Both the position numbers and the translations under genes were made by a program. Source: Clostridia bacterium (GTDB taxonomy: Bacteria > Bacillota > Clostridia > HGM11327). Taken from it: DNA of 64,000 bases. Shown here one piece after another: positions 37,736 through 46,862 of this stretch (within the stretch, counting starts at the first letter, position 1; the number at the start of each line of letters is the position of its first letter). Under the pieces are notes generated by a model. It was given only the letters and a program-made list of their open reading frames with translations, had not been told where the DNA came from and did not search any database. The stretch spans positions 19,629 through 83,628 of the forward strand of contig JAZQMY010000054.1 of the NCBI GenBank assembly GCA_045627045.1. The letters are read 5' to 3'.

Positions 37736-37823
37736 AATTTTCTTGCCTCTTTGTGTGTTTTTCTGTAATGCCGGATGATATGCCGGCTGTTTCCTATGAG
37801 GTGCATACGCACCGGAAAGCATC

Positions 37824-37893
37824 ACTAAACAAAAAGTTTAATAAAACCTGCCTTTCGGCCAGCAATTACTAAACTCAAAGTTTAGTAATTGCT
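37824..37893. promoter_or_regulatory. Candidate operators for the pot regulator (ACTAAAC-N5-GTTTAGT)
   Basis: ACTAAAC-TCAAA-GTTTAGT (37868-37886) inside a perfect 15-bp-arm palindrome at 37861-37893; second copy ACTAAAC-AAAAA-GTTTAAT at 37824-37842. Confidence 0.7.
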
Positions 37894-37904
37894 AAACTGT
37901 GTAT

Positions 37905-37932
37905 ATTATATACATTTTCTGATTTTTGTCAA
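37905..37932 (-). promoter_or_regulatory. Sigma-A promoter of the pot operon
   Basis: Minus strand TTGACA-16 bp-TATAAT. Confidence 0.75.
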
Positions 37933-38082
37933 TAGGATTTTTTGCAAAATGAAAACTTTTTGTCAGTTTTTCGGGGAAACTAATGTTTTTTGACGGAAAA
38001 AGCCTTTGTCATCTTTACAAAAAATGAATTTTATTATATAATTATAATGAATAAGAATGCGGATAAGGAGAAAATGCGAAAA

Positions 38083-38715
38083 ATGAGTACTATAAAGCTG
38101 ACATGGGCAGGCCATTCTTCGTTCATTATTGAGGCTGACGGCTGTGCGATCATCACAGATCCGTTCGGCAGGGAATATGTTCCGGGACTTTGCTTTTCAC
38201 CAAGAAGAGCAAATGCGGTTTTCTGCTCACATGAGCACAAGGACCATAACAACAGAGACGATGTTGAAATTACCGGCGGTGCAGAGCTTGCTTTTTCAGT
38301 GACGGAGAAAGAGACCTTTCACGATGAAAAGAAGGGAAAGCTCCGTGGAAAAAATATTATCCGCGTATTTGAAGCGCACGGCATGAGAATCGCGCATCTG
38401 GGCGATCTCGGCTGCGGACTGACAAAGGACGAAGAAGAGTGGCTTTACGGAGCGGACTGTCTTCTCCTGCCGACAGGCGGCACATATACGATAAATGCGG
38501 CTGAGGCAAACAGGATTGCAGAGGCGGTGAAGCCAAGGGTGATCATCCCTATGCATTACAGGACGGAGAAATTCGGCTTTGATGTGCTTGAAACACTTGA
38601 GGATTTTACAAAGCTCCGCAATGATATAATTTATACCGGTTCAACAACGATAGAGATAACGAAAGGAATGAAGGGCGGCACATATGTGCTCGTGCCCGGA
38701 GACCTGAAAAAATGA
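38083..38715 (+). CDS. MBL-fold metallo-hydrolase
   Basis: WAGHSSF, TDPF, SHEHKDH, HLGD, IPMHY; start ATG 38074 or 38083 after AAGGAG. Confidence 0.88.
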   Translation: MSTIKLTWAGHSSFIIEADGCAIITDPFGREYVPGLCFSPRRANAVFCSHEHKDHNNRDDVEITGGAELAFSVTEKETFHDEKKGKLRGKNIIRVFEAHGMRIAHLGDLGCGLTKDEEEWLYGADCLLLPTGGTYTINAAEANRIAEAVKPRVIIPMHYRTEKFGFDVLETLEDFTKLRNDIIYTGSTTIEITKGMKGGTYVLVPGDLKK

Positions 38716-41258
38716 AAAAGATAATGATACTTGACGGGCACAGCATAGCTTTCAGAGCATTCCACGCAGTGCCTCCACTCACTACATCAAACGGTACACC
38801 TACCAATGCGGTGCTCGGCTTTATGAATATGCTCATGAAGATAAAGGAGCAGTACAGACCGAACGCAGTATTTGCCGCATTTGATTTGCCCAAGCCCACA
38901 TTCAGACACCTCATGTTTGACGGCTATAAGGCCGGCAGAGCAAAGACTCCCGAAGAAATGATAATTCAGGTGGAGCTGCTGAAGGACCTTCTTGCCAAGA
39001 TGGGCATTCACGTCATGACGGCAGAGGGCTTTGAGGCTGACGATATTCTCGGCACGCTCTCGGCAAAGGCGAATGCAGAAGGAATCAAGGCGTATCTCGT
39101 TACGGGAGATAAGGATTCCCTCCAGCTGATAAGCGAAAACACGAGCGTTCTTTATACGAAGAAGGGCGTATCGGAAATTGCCGAATTCGATGAAGCGCAT
39201 TTTATGGAGGAATACGGCATTTCTCCCGCACAGTTCGTTGATTGCAAGGCGCTGATGGGAGATAAGTCTGATAATATCCCCGGAGTTCAGGGGATCGGTG
39301 AGAAGACGGCAATAGATCTTCTGAAAAACTATTCCACGCTTGACGGGATTTATGAGAATATTCAGAGCATTTCTTCAAAGTCCGTAAAGTCAAAGCTGGA
39401 GGCATCAAAGGAGAGCGCATATGCAAGCAGGACACTTGCAACGATAGTGAAGAACGCACCTGTGGAGCTTCCGACGATATCCGATGAGGAATATGACATC
39501 AAGGCAACGGATGAGCTTTGCGACCTCCTCAGAATGCTTGAAATGAACAAGCTTCTTGCATCTCTCAGGACGGTGTCATTTGATGATGCCGGCGATGCCG
39601 CAGAAGAGGAAGACACGGAAACGGTGAATGCAGACGAAATGTCCGGAAAGGAGCTCAACGAAGAGATAATAAGCTCCGGAGAGCTTTCGGTTTTTGCGGG
39701 CGACAAGATTTTCTGGAGCGGCAGAACTGTTTATAAAACAGGAAAGAGTGCGGATGAGCTTTATATGCTGCTCAGGCCCTCTTTTGAGAATGAAAATGTA
39801 AAGAAATATCTTCCTGATGTGAAGAAGGTGCTCCATACGGCAGACAAGCTCGGCTTTGCCGTGAAAAATGCGGCGTTTGACTACTCAGTTGCCGCATATG
39901 TTCTTGATGCGGTCGGCTTTAGGGACGGCTTTGATTATGTAGTCAGGAAATATATCAACTTTGACTGGAAAAAGAATATAAAATATCTGCCCGATCTCAA
40001 AAAGAATATGGACAGAGAGCTTGAAAAGCAGGGTATGTCTTCCCTCTATTACGAAATGGAGCATCCGCTCATAACGGTGCTTTACGAAATGGAAAAAGAA
40101 GGCTTCAGAGTTGATGTGCCTATGCTTGAAAAGCTCGGAACAGAATACGATGGCAGAATTGATGCGTTGAAAGAGAAAATCTATTCTCTTGCAGGATGCG
40201 AGTTCAATATCAACTCCACAAAACAGCTTGGAGAAGTCCTTTTTGTAAAGCTCGGTCTGCCTCCTGTCAAGAAGACGAAGACAGGCTTTTCAACGGACAA
40301 CGAGGTGCTTGAAACGCTTGAGGAGAGAGGCGTTGAGATAGTGAAGTACATCATGGAGTACAGACAGCTCTCAAAGCTCAAATCCACATTCATTGACGGT
40401 CTGATAGAGGCGGCTGATGAAAACTCAAGAGTGCACACAACGTTCAACCAGACTGTTGCAAACACGGGCAGACTCAGCAGCACAGATCCGAATCTTCAGA
40501 ATATCCCCGTAAGAACGGCTGAAGGCGCAGAGATCAGAAGAGCTTTTGCGGCAACAGATGACAGTTATGTGCTTGTTGACGCCGACTACTCACAGATTGA
40601 GCTCAGGGTGTTTGCACATCTTTCGGGCGATGAGAATTTCCGTGAGGCATTCCTTAACGGTGAGGATATTCACAGAAAGACGGCATCGCAGGTTTATCAG
40701 GTGCCATACGATCAGGTGACCGATGAGGAAAGAAGCAAGACAAAGGCGGTAAACTTCGGCATCCTTTACGGAATGTCTGATTTCGGCCTTGCCAAGAGGC
40801 TTTCGGTTCCGCAGAATGAAGCAAAGGCGATAATAAATAATTATCTTTCAAGCTACCCGAGAGTGGATGAATTCATGAAGGCAAGCATTGAGTCTGCCAG
40901 AAAAACGGGAATGTGCGTGACATTGTCGGGCAGACAGAGAAAGTGCCCCGAAATCGAGGCAAAGAACTTTGCGGTAAGGCAGGCGGCGGAAAGAATTGCA
41001 ATAAATATGCCTGTTCAGGGCTCTGCGGCGGATATCATCAAGATAGCGATGATAGATGTATTCAATGAGCTGAAAAAAAGCTGTCCTTCATCAAGACTTC
41101 TTCTTCAGGTGCACGATGAACTGATAGTGGAAGCGCCTGCAGAGGATGTTGAAAAGGTAAAGAACATACTGCGTGACAAGATGGAGAACGCAATAAAGCT
41201 TTCGGTACCGCTTGTTGCCGATATAGGCACGGGCAGGAACTGGAACGAAGCAAAGTGA
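38712..41258 (+). CDS. polA: DNA polymerase I
   Basis: 5'-3' exonuclease (LDGHS, EADD, GDKD, GDKSDNIPG) and polymerase motifs (DYSQIELR, KAVNFGILYG, QVHDE). Confidence 0.98.
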   Translation: MKKIMILDGHSIAFRAFHAVPPLTTSNGTPTNAVLGFMNMLMKIKEQYRPNAVFAAFDLPKPTFRHLMFDGYKAGRAKTPEEMIIQVELLKDLLAKMGIHVMTAEGFEADDILGTLSAKANAEGIKAYLVTGDKDSLQLISENTSVLYTKKGVSEIAEFDEAHFMEEYGISPAQFVDCKALMGDKSDNIPGVQGIGEKTAIDLLKNYSTLDGIYENIQSISSKSVKSKLEASKESAYASRTLATIVKNAPVELPTISDEEYDIKATDELCDLLRMLEMNKLLASLRTVSFDDAGDAAEEEDTETVNADEMSGKELNEEIISSGELSVFAGDKIFWSGRTVYKTGKSADELYMLLRPSFENENVKKYLPDVKKVLHTADKLGFAVKNAAFDYSVAAYVLDAVGFRDGFDYVVRKYINFDWKKNIKYLPDLKKNMDRELEKQGMSSLYYEMEHPLITVLYEMEKEGFRVDVPMLEKLGTEYDGRIDALKEKIYSLAGCEFNINSTKQLGEVLFVKLGLPPVKKTKTGFSTDNEVLETLEERGVEIVKYIMEYRQLSKLKSTFIDGLIEAADENSRVHTTFNQTVANTGRLSSTDPNLQNIPVRTAEGAEIRRAFAATDDSYVLVDADYSQIELRVFAHLSGDENFREAFLNGEDIHRKTASQVYQVPYDQVTDEERSKTKAVNFGILYGMSDFGLAKRLSVPQNEAKAIINNYLSSYPRVDEFMKASIESARKTGMCVTLSGRQRKCPEIEAKNFAVRQAAERIAINMPVQGSAADIIKIAMIDVFNELKKSCPSSRLLLQVHDELIVEAPAEDVEKVKNILRDKMENAIKLSVPLVADIGTGRNWNEAK

Positions 41259-41272
41259 GGACGGCTGTCGGT

Positions 41273-41884
41273 ATGAAGGTAATAGGGCTGACCGGAGGCA
41301 TAGCTTCGGGCAAATCCACGGTATCGGCTTATCTGAAGGATAAGGGAATACCTGTAATAGACTGTGATGTTGAGGCAAAAAGGATACTTGATCCCGGAGA
41401 AAAGGCTTACGGGGACGTTGTGAATGCGTTTGGCAGAGAGATTCTTTTTGAAGACGGAACAATCAACAGAAAAAAGCTCGGGTCGATCATTTTCGGCAAT
41501 GAAGAGAAGGTAAAGCTTCTCAATAGCCTGACACACCCTGAGGTAATAAGAAAAACGAATGAATATCTTGAGGAATACAGAGCAAAGGGCTTTGAGCTTG
41601 CGGTGGTCGATGCGCCGCTTCTCATCGAGGCGGGAATGACGTCCGTGGCAGATGAGGTATGGCTTGTGTGGATACCCGAAGAAATGCAGATAGAAAGAGC
41701 AGTAAAAAGGGATGCCGCTTCAAGAGAACAGATCATAAACAGAATAAAAAGTCAGATGCCGTCTGAAGAGAAAAAGAAATTTGCAGACCGCATCATTTCA
41801 AATACGGGAACGGTGGAAGAACTCCTGAAGGAGGTTGACCGCCTGCTTTCACAGACACTTTCACAGAAAAAGGAAGAAAGAAAA
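41273..41884 (+). other. coaE: Dephospho-CoA kinase domain of the fusion ORF
   Basis: Full-length CoaE motifs at the usual position directly after polA. Confidence 0.92.
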
Positions 41885-43135
41885 ATGCAGGATTACGAAA
41901 TAAGGGATATAACACTTGCCCCCGAGGGCAAAAGAAGAATTGAATGGGTAAAAAAGCATATGCCCATCCTTTCCGAATATGACAGGAGATACTCGGCTGA
42001 AAAGCCTCTCAAGGGCAAAAAGATAGCGGTATCGGTTCACCTTGAAGCAAAGACGGCATTTCTAGCACTCGTACTGAGAGACCTCGGAGCAGAGTGTGCC
42101 GTTACGGGATGCAATCCCCTTTCAACGCAGGACCCTGTTGCGGCGGCACTCGTTGAAGAAGGACTCAGGGTTTACGGATTGAGAGGAGCTACTCCCGAGG
42201 AATACAACAGACATCTCAACAAGGCTCTTGACATTGAGCCTGACATAATAATCGATGACGGCGGAGATTTTGTAAATCTTCTTCACACGACAAGAAGAGA
42301 GCTTCTCCCGAAAATCATAGGCGGCTGCGAGGAAACGACAACGGGAATCATGCGTCTTCGCGCAATGGAAAGCGAGGGTGTTCTCGAGCTTCCCATGATA
42401 GCCGTAAACTATGCCGATTGCAAGCATCTTTTCGATAACAGATACGGCACAGGTCAGTCCGTATGGGACGGCATAATGAGAACGACAAACCTCATCGTTG
42501 CAGGCAAGACGGTAGTCATTGCAGGCTACGGCTGGTGCGGCAGAGGTGCGGCGGCAAAGGCAAAGGGACTCGGAGCAAACGTAATAGTAACGGAGATCGA
42601 TCCTGTCAAGGCAATCGAGGCTACAATGGACGGCTTCAGAGTAATGACGATGGATGAGGCGGCTCCTCTGGGAGACATATTCGTGACACTTACGGGCTGC
42701 AGAGACGTTATTACGGGAAGACACTTTGAGAAAATGAAGGACGGAGTGCTTCTTGCAAATGCAGGACATTTTGATGTTGAGGTCAATAAGGTCGATCTTG
42801 AAGCGATGAGCACAGAGACCTTCGAATCAAGAGCAAATATTATGACATACAGAATGGCTGACGGCAGAGAACTCAATCTCCTTGCCGAGGGCAGACTTGT
42901 CAACCTTGCCGCAGGCGACGGACATCCTGCGGAGATAATGGATATGAGCTTTGCAATCCAGCTTCAGAGCGTTCTTTACCTCAACAAGATGGGCAAGACA
43001 CTTGAAAACAAGCTTATCGAGGTTCCCCGTGAAATAGACCTTCAGGTAGCAGAGATAAAACTTGACAGCATGGGAATAAAAATCGACAAGCTTACAGAAG
43101 AGCAGAAGAAATACGTAAGCTCATGGAAAGAGTGA
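41273..43135 (+). CDS. ahcY: In-frame fusion: dephospho-CoA kinase (CoaE) plus adenosylhomocysteinase (AhcY)
   Basis: CoaE: GLTGGIASGKST, THP, DAPLLIE, SQM. AhcY from Met at 41885: HLEAKTA, NPLSTQD, DDGGD, EETTTG, KHLFDNRYGTG, GYGWCG, GHPAEIMD. No stop codon between them. Confidence 0.93.
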   Translation: MKVIGLTGGIASGKSTVSAYLKDKGIPVIDCDVEAKRILDPGEKAYGDVVNAFGREILFEDGTINRKKLGSIIFGNEEKVKLLNSLTHPEVIRKTNEYLEEYRAKGFELAVVDAPLLIEAGMTSVADEVWLVWIPEEMQIERAVKRDAASREQIINRIKSQMPSEEKKKFADRIISNTGTVEELLKEVDRLLSQTLSQKKEERKMQDYEIRDITLAPEGKRRIEWVKKHMPILSEYDRRYSAEKPLKGKKIAVSVHLEAKTAFLALVLRDLGAECAVTGCNPLSTQDPVAAALVEEGLRVYGLRGATPEEYNRHLNKALDIEPDIIIDDGGDFVNLLHTTRRELLPKIIGGCEETTTGIMRLRAMESEGVLELPMIAVNYADCKHLFDNRYGTGQSVWDGIMRTTNLIVAGKTVVIAGYGWCGRGAAAKAKGLGANVIVTEIDPVKAIEATMDGFRVMTMDEAAPLGDIFVTLTGCRDVITGRHFEKMKDGVLLANAGHFDVEVNKVDLEAMSTETFESRANIMTYRMADGRELNLLAEGRLVNLAAGDGHPAEIMDMSFAIQLQSVLYLNKMGKTLENKLIEVPREIDLQVAEIKLDSMGIKIDKLTEEQKKYVSSWKE

Positions 43136-43152
43136 CGGAAAGGCAAACGTAA

Positions 43153-44442
43153 ATGATAATAACGAACGTTGACGTAATTACGTGCAATGATAAAAATGAG
43201 ATCCTCAAGGGTGCAACCGTTGTAATAGAGGGAAAGAAAATCTCAAGAATAATCCCGAAGGGAAAGAACATTAAGATCGTTGAGGGAGAAGTGCTCGACG
43301 GAACGGGCAAGGTAATGCTTCCCGGTTTTATCGATACGCATACTCACTCGGCAATGACATTCCTCAGAAACTACGGAAACGATATGAACCTTCAGGATTG
43401 GCTTTTCAAGAAGGTATTCCCTGCGGAGGACAAGCTCGATGAGGAAGCAACATACAGCTTTTACAGACTTGCGACATTGGAGTACATCCGCTCCGGCATC
43501 ACAACTCACTGCGACAACTATTTCTTTATGAATGCGGCAGTAAAAGCGGTTGATGAAAGCGGACTCAGGGCAGTTCTTGCAAGAAGCGTTTCGGGATGCT
43601 CTGACAAGAACTACAAGAAGCTTGAGGAAAGCGTGCTCTTCATGCAGGATAACAACGGTGCGGCTGACGGAAGGATCACAACAACATTGAGCCCGCACTC
43701 GATCTATACCAGTAACAAAGAGTACCTCAGAACGGTATTCACTGCGGCAAGAGAGCTTGATGCAGGAATACAGATGCATATCTCGGAAACGAAGAAGGAA
43801 GTGCTCGACTGCATGAACCAAAGAGGCGTTTCTCCTGTGGTATACATTGACAGACTCGGAGGATTTGATACGAACGGAATCAAAATTGCGGCTCACTGTG
43901 TACATATTTCTGATAACGATATTGAGATAATGAAGAGAAAAAACGTATCAGTAGCGGCAAACGTATGCAGTAACCTCAAGCTTGCAAGCGGAGTTCCGAA
44001 TCTTGTTCATATGCAGGCAAGAGGTCTGAATGTTTCTCTTGGTACGGACGGCGCTTCTAGCAATAATAACCTCAGCATGCTCAATGAAATGAGATTTGCT
44101 TCTCTCGTATCAAAGGGAGTAACGTTTGATCCTACCGTAATGAGCGCAATGGATGTGATCCGCATGGCTACTGTGAACGGAGCAAAGGCAATAGGCAGAG
44201 ATGATCTCGGATCTGTTGAAGAAGGAAAGACTGCGGATCTTGTGCTTATAGATCTTTCTTCGGCATCGATTGCTCCTGTGAACGATATTGCAGCGGCAGT
44301 GGTATATTCGGCACAGTCGGCAGATGTTGACACTGTATTTGTAGACGGAAAGCTTCTTATGAAAGACAAAAAGGTGCTCACGGGAAATGAAGAGGAGATA
44401 AAATCAACAGCAAAGCACGCCACAGAAAGGATACTGGCCTGA
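43153..44442 (+). CDS. mtaD: 5-methylthioadenosine/S-adenosylhomocysteine deaminase (amidohydrolase)
   Basis: PGFIDTHTH, PHSIYT, MHISET, AAHCV, SNLKLASG, LGTDGASSNN; adjacent to ahcY. Confidence 0.85.
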   Translation: MIITNVDVITCNDKNEILKGATVVIEGKKISRIIPKGKNIKIVEGEVLDGTGKVMLPGFIDTHTHSAMTFLRNYGNDMNLQDWLFKKVFPAEDKLDEEATYSFYRLATLEYIRSGITTHCDNYFFMNAAVKAVDESGLRAVLARSVSGCSDKNYKKLEESVLFMQDNNGAADGRITTTLSPHSIYTSNKEYLRTVFTAARELDAGIQMHISETKKEVLDCMNQRGVSPVVYIDRLGGFDTNGIKIAAHCVHISDNDIEIMKRKNVSVAANVCSNLKLASGVPNLVHMQARGLNVSLGTDGASSNNNLSMLNEMRFASLVSKGVTFDPTVMSAMDVIRMATVNGAKAIGRDDLGSVEEGKTADLVLIDLSSASIAPVNDIAAAVVYSAQSADVDTVFVDGKLLMKDKKVLTGNEEEIKSTAKHATERILA

Positions 44443-44509
44443 TTTTTACGGATAATCTGTAATATTTCATATACCGTCACCTAAAAAGAATAATCAGACA
44501 CAGAATCTG

Positions 44510-44526
44510 TTCACAATATTGTCACA
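44510..44526 (+). promoter_or_regulatory. Candidate OmpR-family direct-repeat binding site (autoregulation)
   Basis: TTCACA-ATATT-GTCACA, 11-bp period, upstream of the response regulator. Confidence 0.45.
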
Positions 44527-44582
44527 TTAATGAAATAAAATATAAACAGTAGCGATATTTCGCTGAAAGGAGACAAGACACC

Positions 44583-45269
44583 ATGGCAAAAATACTTGTA
44601 GTTGATGATGAAGCTGGCATCAGAAACATAATAAGAAAATATGCTGTTTTTGAAGGACATGAAATAGAAGAATCGGCAAACGGAATGGATGCAATAGAGC
44701 TTTGCAAGCAGAATGTTTTCGATCTTGTAATCATGGACGTTATGATGCCGGAGCTTGACGGCTTTTCAGCCGTAAGAGAAATCAAAAAGATTTATGATGT
44801 ACCGGTAATAATGCTTTCTGCAAGAACAGAGGAGTATGACAAGATTCACGGCTTTGAAATCGGCGCTGACGATTACGTTATAAAGCCATTTTCCCCGAAG
44901 GAGCTTATGCTCAGAATAAATGCGGTTTTGCGCAGATGCACAAGCACAGTGGCTCCAAAGGAAACAACGGAACAGCATAATATAGTTAAATACGGCAGAA
45001 TAACGATAGATTACACAGGCAGATACGTTTTTATCGATGATCAGAGGATAAGCCTTACTCCCAAGGAATATGATCTGCTCTTCTACCTTGCAAAAAACAA
45101 GAACATTGCGCTTACAAGAGACGTGATACTCAATAACGTCTGGGGCTACGATTTTTACGGCGATGACAGAACACTTGATACTCATATCAAGCTTTTAAGA
45201 AAGTCATTGGGCGAGTGCAGCTCCTACCTTGTAACGTTGAGAGGTGTAGGATACCGTTTTGAGGTCTGA
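44583..45269 (+). CDS. OmpR-family response regulator
   Basis: VVDDE, MDVMMP, GADDYVIKPF, LTPKEYDLL, RGVGY. Confidence 0.95.
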   Translation: MAKILVVDDEAGIRNIIRKYAVFEGHEIEESANGMDAIELCKQNVFDLVIMDVMMPELDGFSAVREIKKIYDVPVIMLSARTEEYDKIHGFEIGADDYVIKPFSPKELMLRINAVLRRCTSTVAPKETTEQHNIVKYGRITIDYTGRYVFIDDQRISLTPKEYDLLFYLAKNKNIALTRDVILNNVWGYDFYGDDRTLDTHIKLLRKSLGECSSYLVTLRGVGYRFEV

Positions 45270-46842
45270 TAAAAGGCACGGCAATACCGATAAGAAAAAA
45301 CGCGGTGCCAAGATAAGGCTGAGAATATTCCTCGGAATGATGCTGCTGACTGCGGCGGCCCTTGCTATCCTGTGGCTTTTCCAGGAGGTTTTTCTTGACG
45401 ATATGTACAAGAAAATCAAGCAGAACAGCATCAAGATGGTTTCGGAAATCATCGTGAGCAACATTGATGATCCCGGAATTGCAAAGCTTGCGGAGGCTTG
45501 CGCTGTCGAGCATGATATGTGCATTTCCGTGTGGAAAACGAATGAGCGTGCGGTTGAATATGTTGTGGCGCAGAAGTGTCTCAACAATTCCTGCCGTGTT
45601 CACAGTGCGGGAATCATAGGCGCAAATTCATTCTACAGGCAGGCACTGAATTCCGAAAACGGATACATGGAATATTTCGGTATTTCAACGGATAAAACAA
45701 CATACTATATTCCGATAGGAAGAGACCCGAGGCTTGACGGTGAGTTCTTTAGTTCGATGGACGGCGCATATGAGAGCGTTGTGTTTGCAAAGACCGTCAG
45801 ATCAAAGACAACAGGCGAAAGCTACCTGATAATGCTCGGCACTGTTATCACTCCTCTCGTATCGGTAGTGCAGTCGATAAAGATCGTGTTCATGATCATT
45901 GCGCTCGTGATGGTCATACTCTCCATCGTGATATCAGCCGCACTTTCCAGATATATGCTCAAGCCTATCAAGGATATAAATGAGAAGGCCAAATTGCTTG
46001 CGGCAGGAAAATACAATGTCCACTTTGACGAGACTGCGTACAGGGAGGTAGTTCAGCTTGCGGAAACGCTGAATTATGCCGCAGGAGAGCTTGCATCGCT
46101 TGAAACGACGAGAAACGAGATCATTGCGAACGTATCGCACGATCTCAGAACACCGCTGACGCTCATAAGCGGCTATGCGGAAATGATAAGAGACTTTCCG
46201 AATGAAGATAACGGAGAGTCACTGCAAACGATCATTGACGAGGTGGAGCATATGACTCTGCTTGTCAATGATATGACGGATGCTTCCAGATACAGCGCAG
46301 GAGTTGAGTCCCTGAGACCGACCGAGTTCAGCCTTACGGCGATAACAAGGGAAATCTGTGACAGACTTTCAAGGCTTAACGATCCCGACGGCTACCGGGT
46401 GGAATTCATTTATGATTCCGAAGCAGAGATATATGCTGATGAGCTCAAGATAACGCAGGTTCTGTATAACTTCATCAACAATGCCGTCACACACACGGGT
46501 GATGACAAGAGAGTTGAGGTAGTGCAGAAGACATTTGTTCAGGGCAAGGAACACTATGCTAAGATAAGCATAACCGACAGCGGCAAGGGCGTCAGGAAAG
46601 AGAACGTCAAAGCAATCTGGGACAGATATATCAAGATCGACAAAACATACAAGAGAGCGCACAACGGCTCCGGCCTCGGTCTCTACATTGTAAAGTCAAT
46701 ACTTGAGCTTCACGGAATGAGCTATGGAGTAGTTCCGGTGGAAGAAATGCCCGATGAAAAGGGCTGCACATTCTGGTTTGAAGCAAAGCTTATTTCAAAG
46801 AAGGATTCCTCTGCAAGAGAGCAGAGTGAAAGGATAAATTAA
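45259..46842 (+). CDS. HAMP-domain sensor histidine kinase
   Basis: Two transmembrane helices, HAMP, SHDLRTPL H-box, NFINNA, DSGKG, GSGLGL. Confidence 0.93.
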   Translation: MRSDKRHGNTDKKKRGAKIRLRIFLGMMLLTAAALAILWLFQEVFLDDMYKKIKQNSIKMVSEIIVSNIDDPGIAKLAEACAVEHDMCISVWKTNERAVEYVVAQKCLNNSCRVHSAGIIGANSFYRQALNSENGYMEYFGISTDKTTYYIPIGRDPRLDGEFFSSMDGAYESVVFAKTVRSKTTGESYLIMLGTVITPLVSVVQSIKIVFMIIALVMVILSIVISAALSRYMLKPIKDINEKAKLLAAGKYNVHFDETAYREVVQLAETLNYAAGELASLETTRNEIIANVSHDLRTPLTLISGYAEMIRDFPNEDNGESLQTIIDEVEHMTLLVNDMTDASRYSAGVESLRPTEFSLTAITREICDRLSRLNDPDGYRVEFIYDSEAEIYADELKITQVLYNFINNAVTHTGDDKRVEVVQKTFVQGKEHYAKISITDSGKGVRKENVKAIWDRYIKIDKTYKRAHNGSGLGLYIVKSILELHGMSYGVVPVEEMPDEKGCTFWFEAKLISKKDSSAREQSERIN

Positions 46843-46862
46843 AAAAGAAGAAGGAAAAGGAA

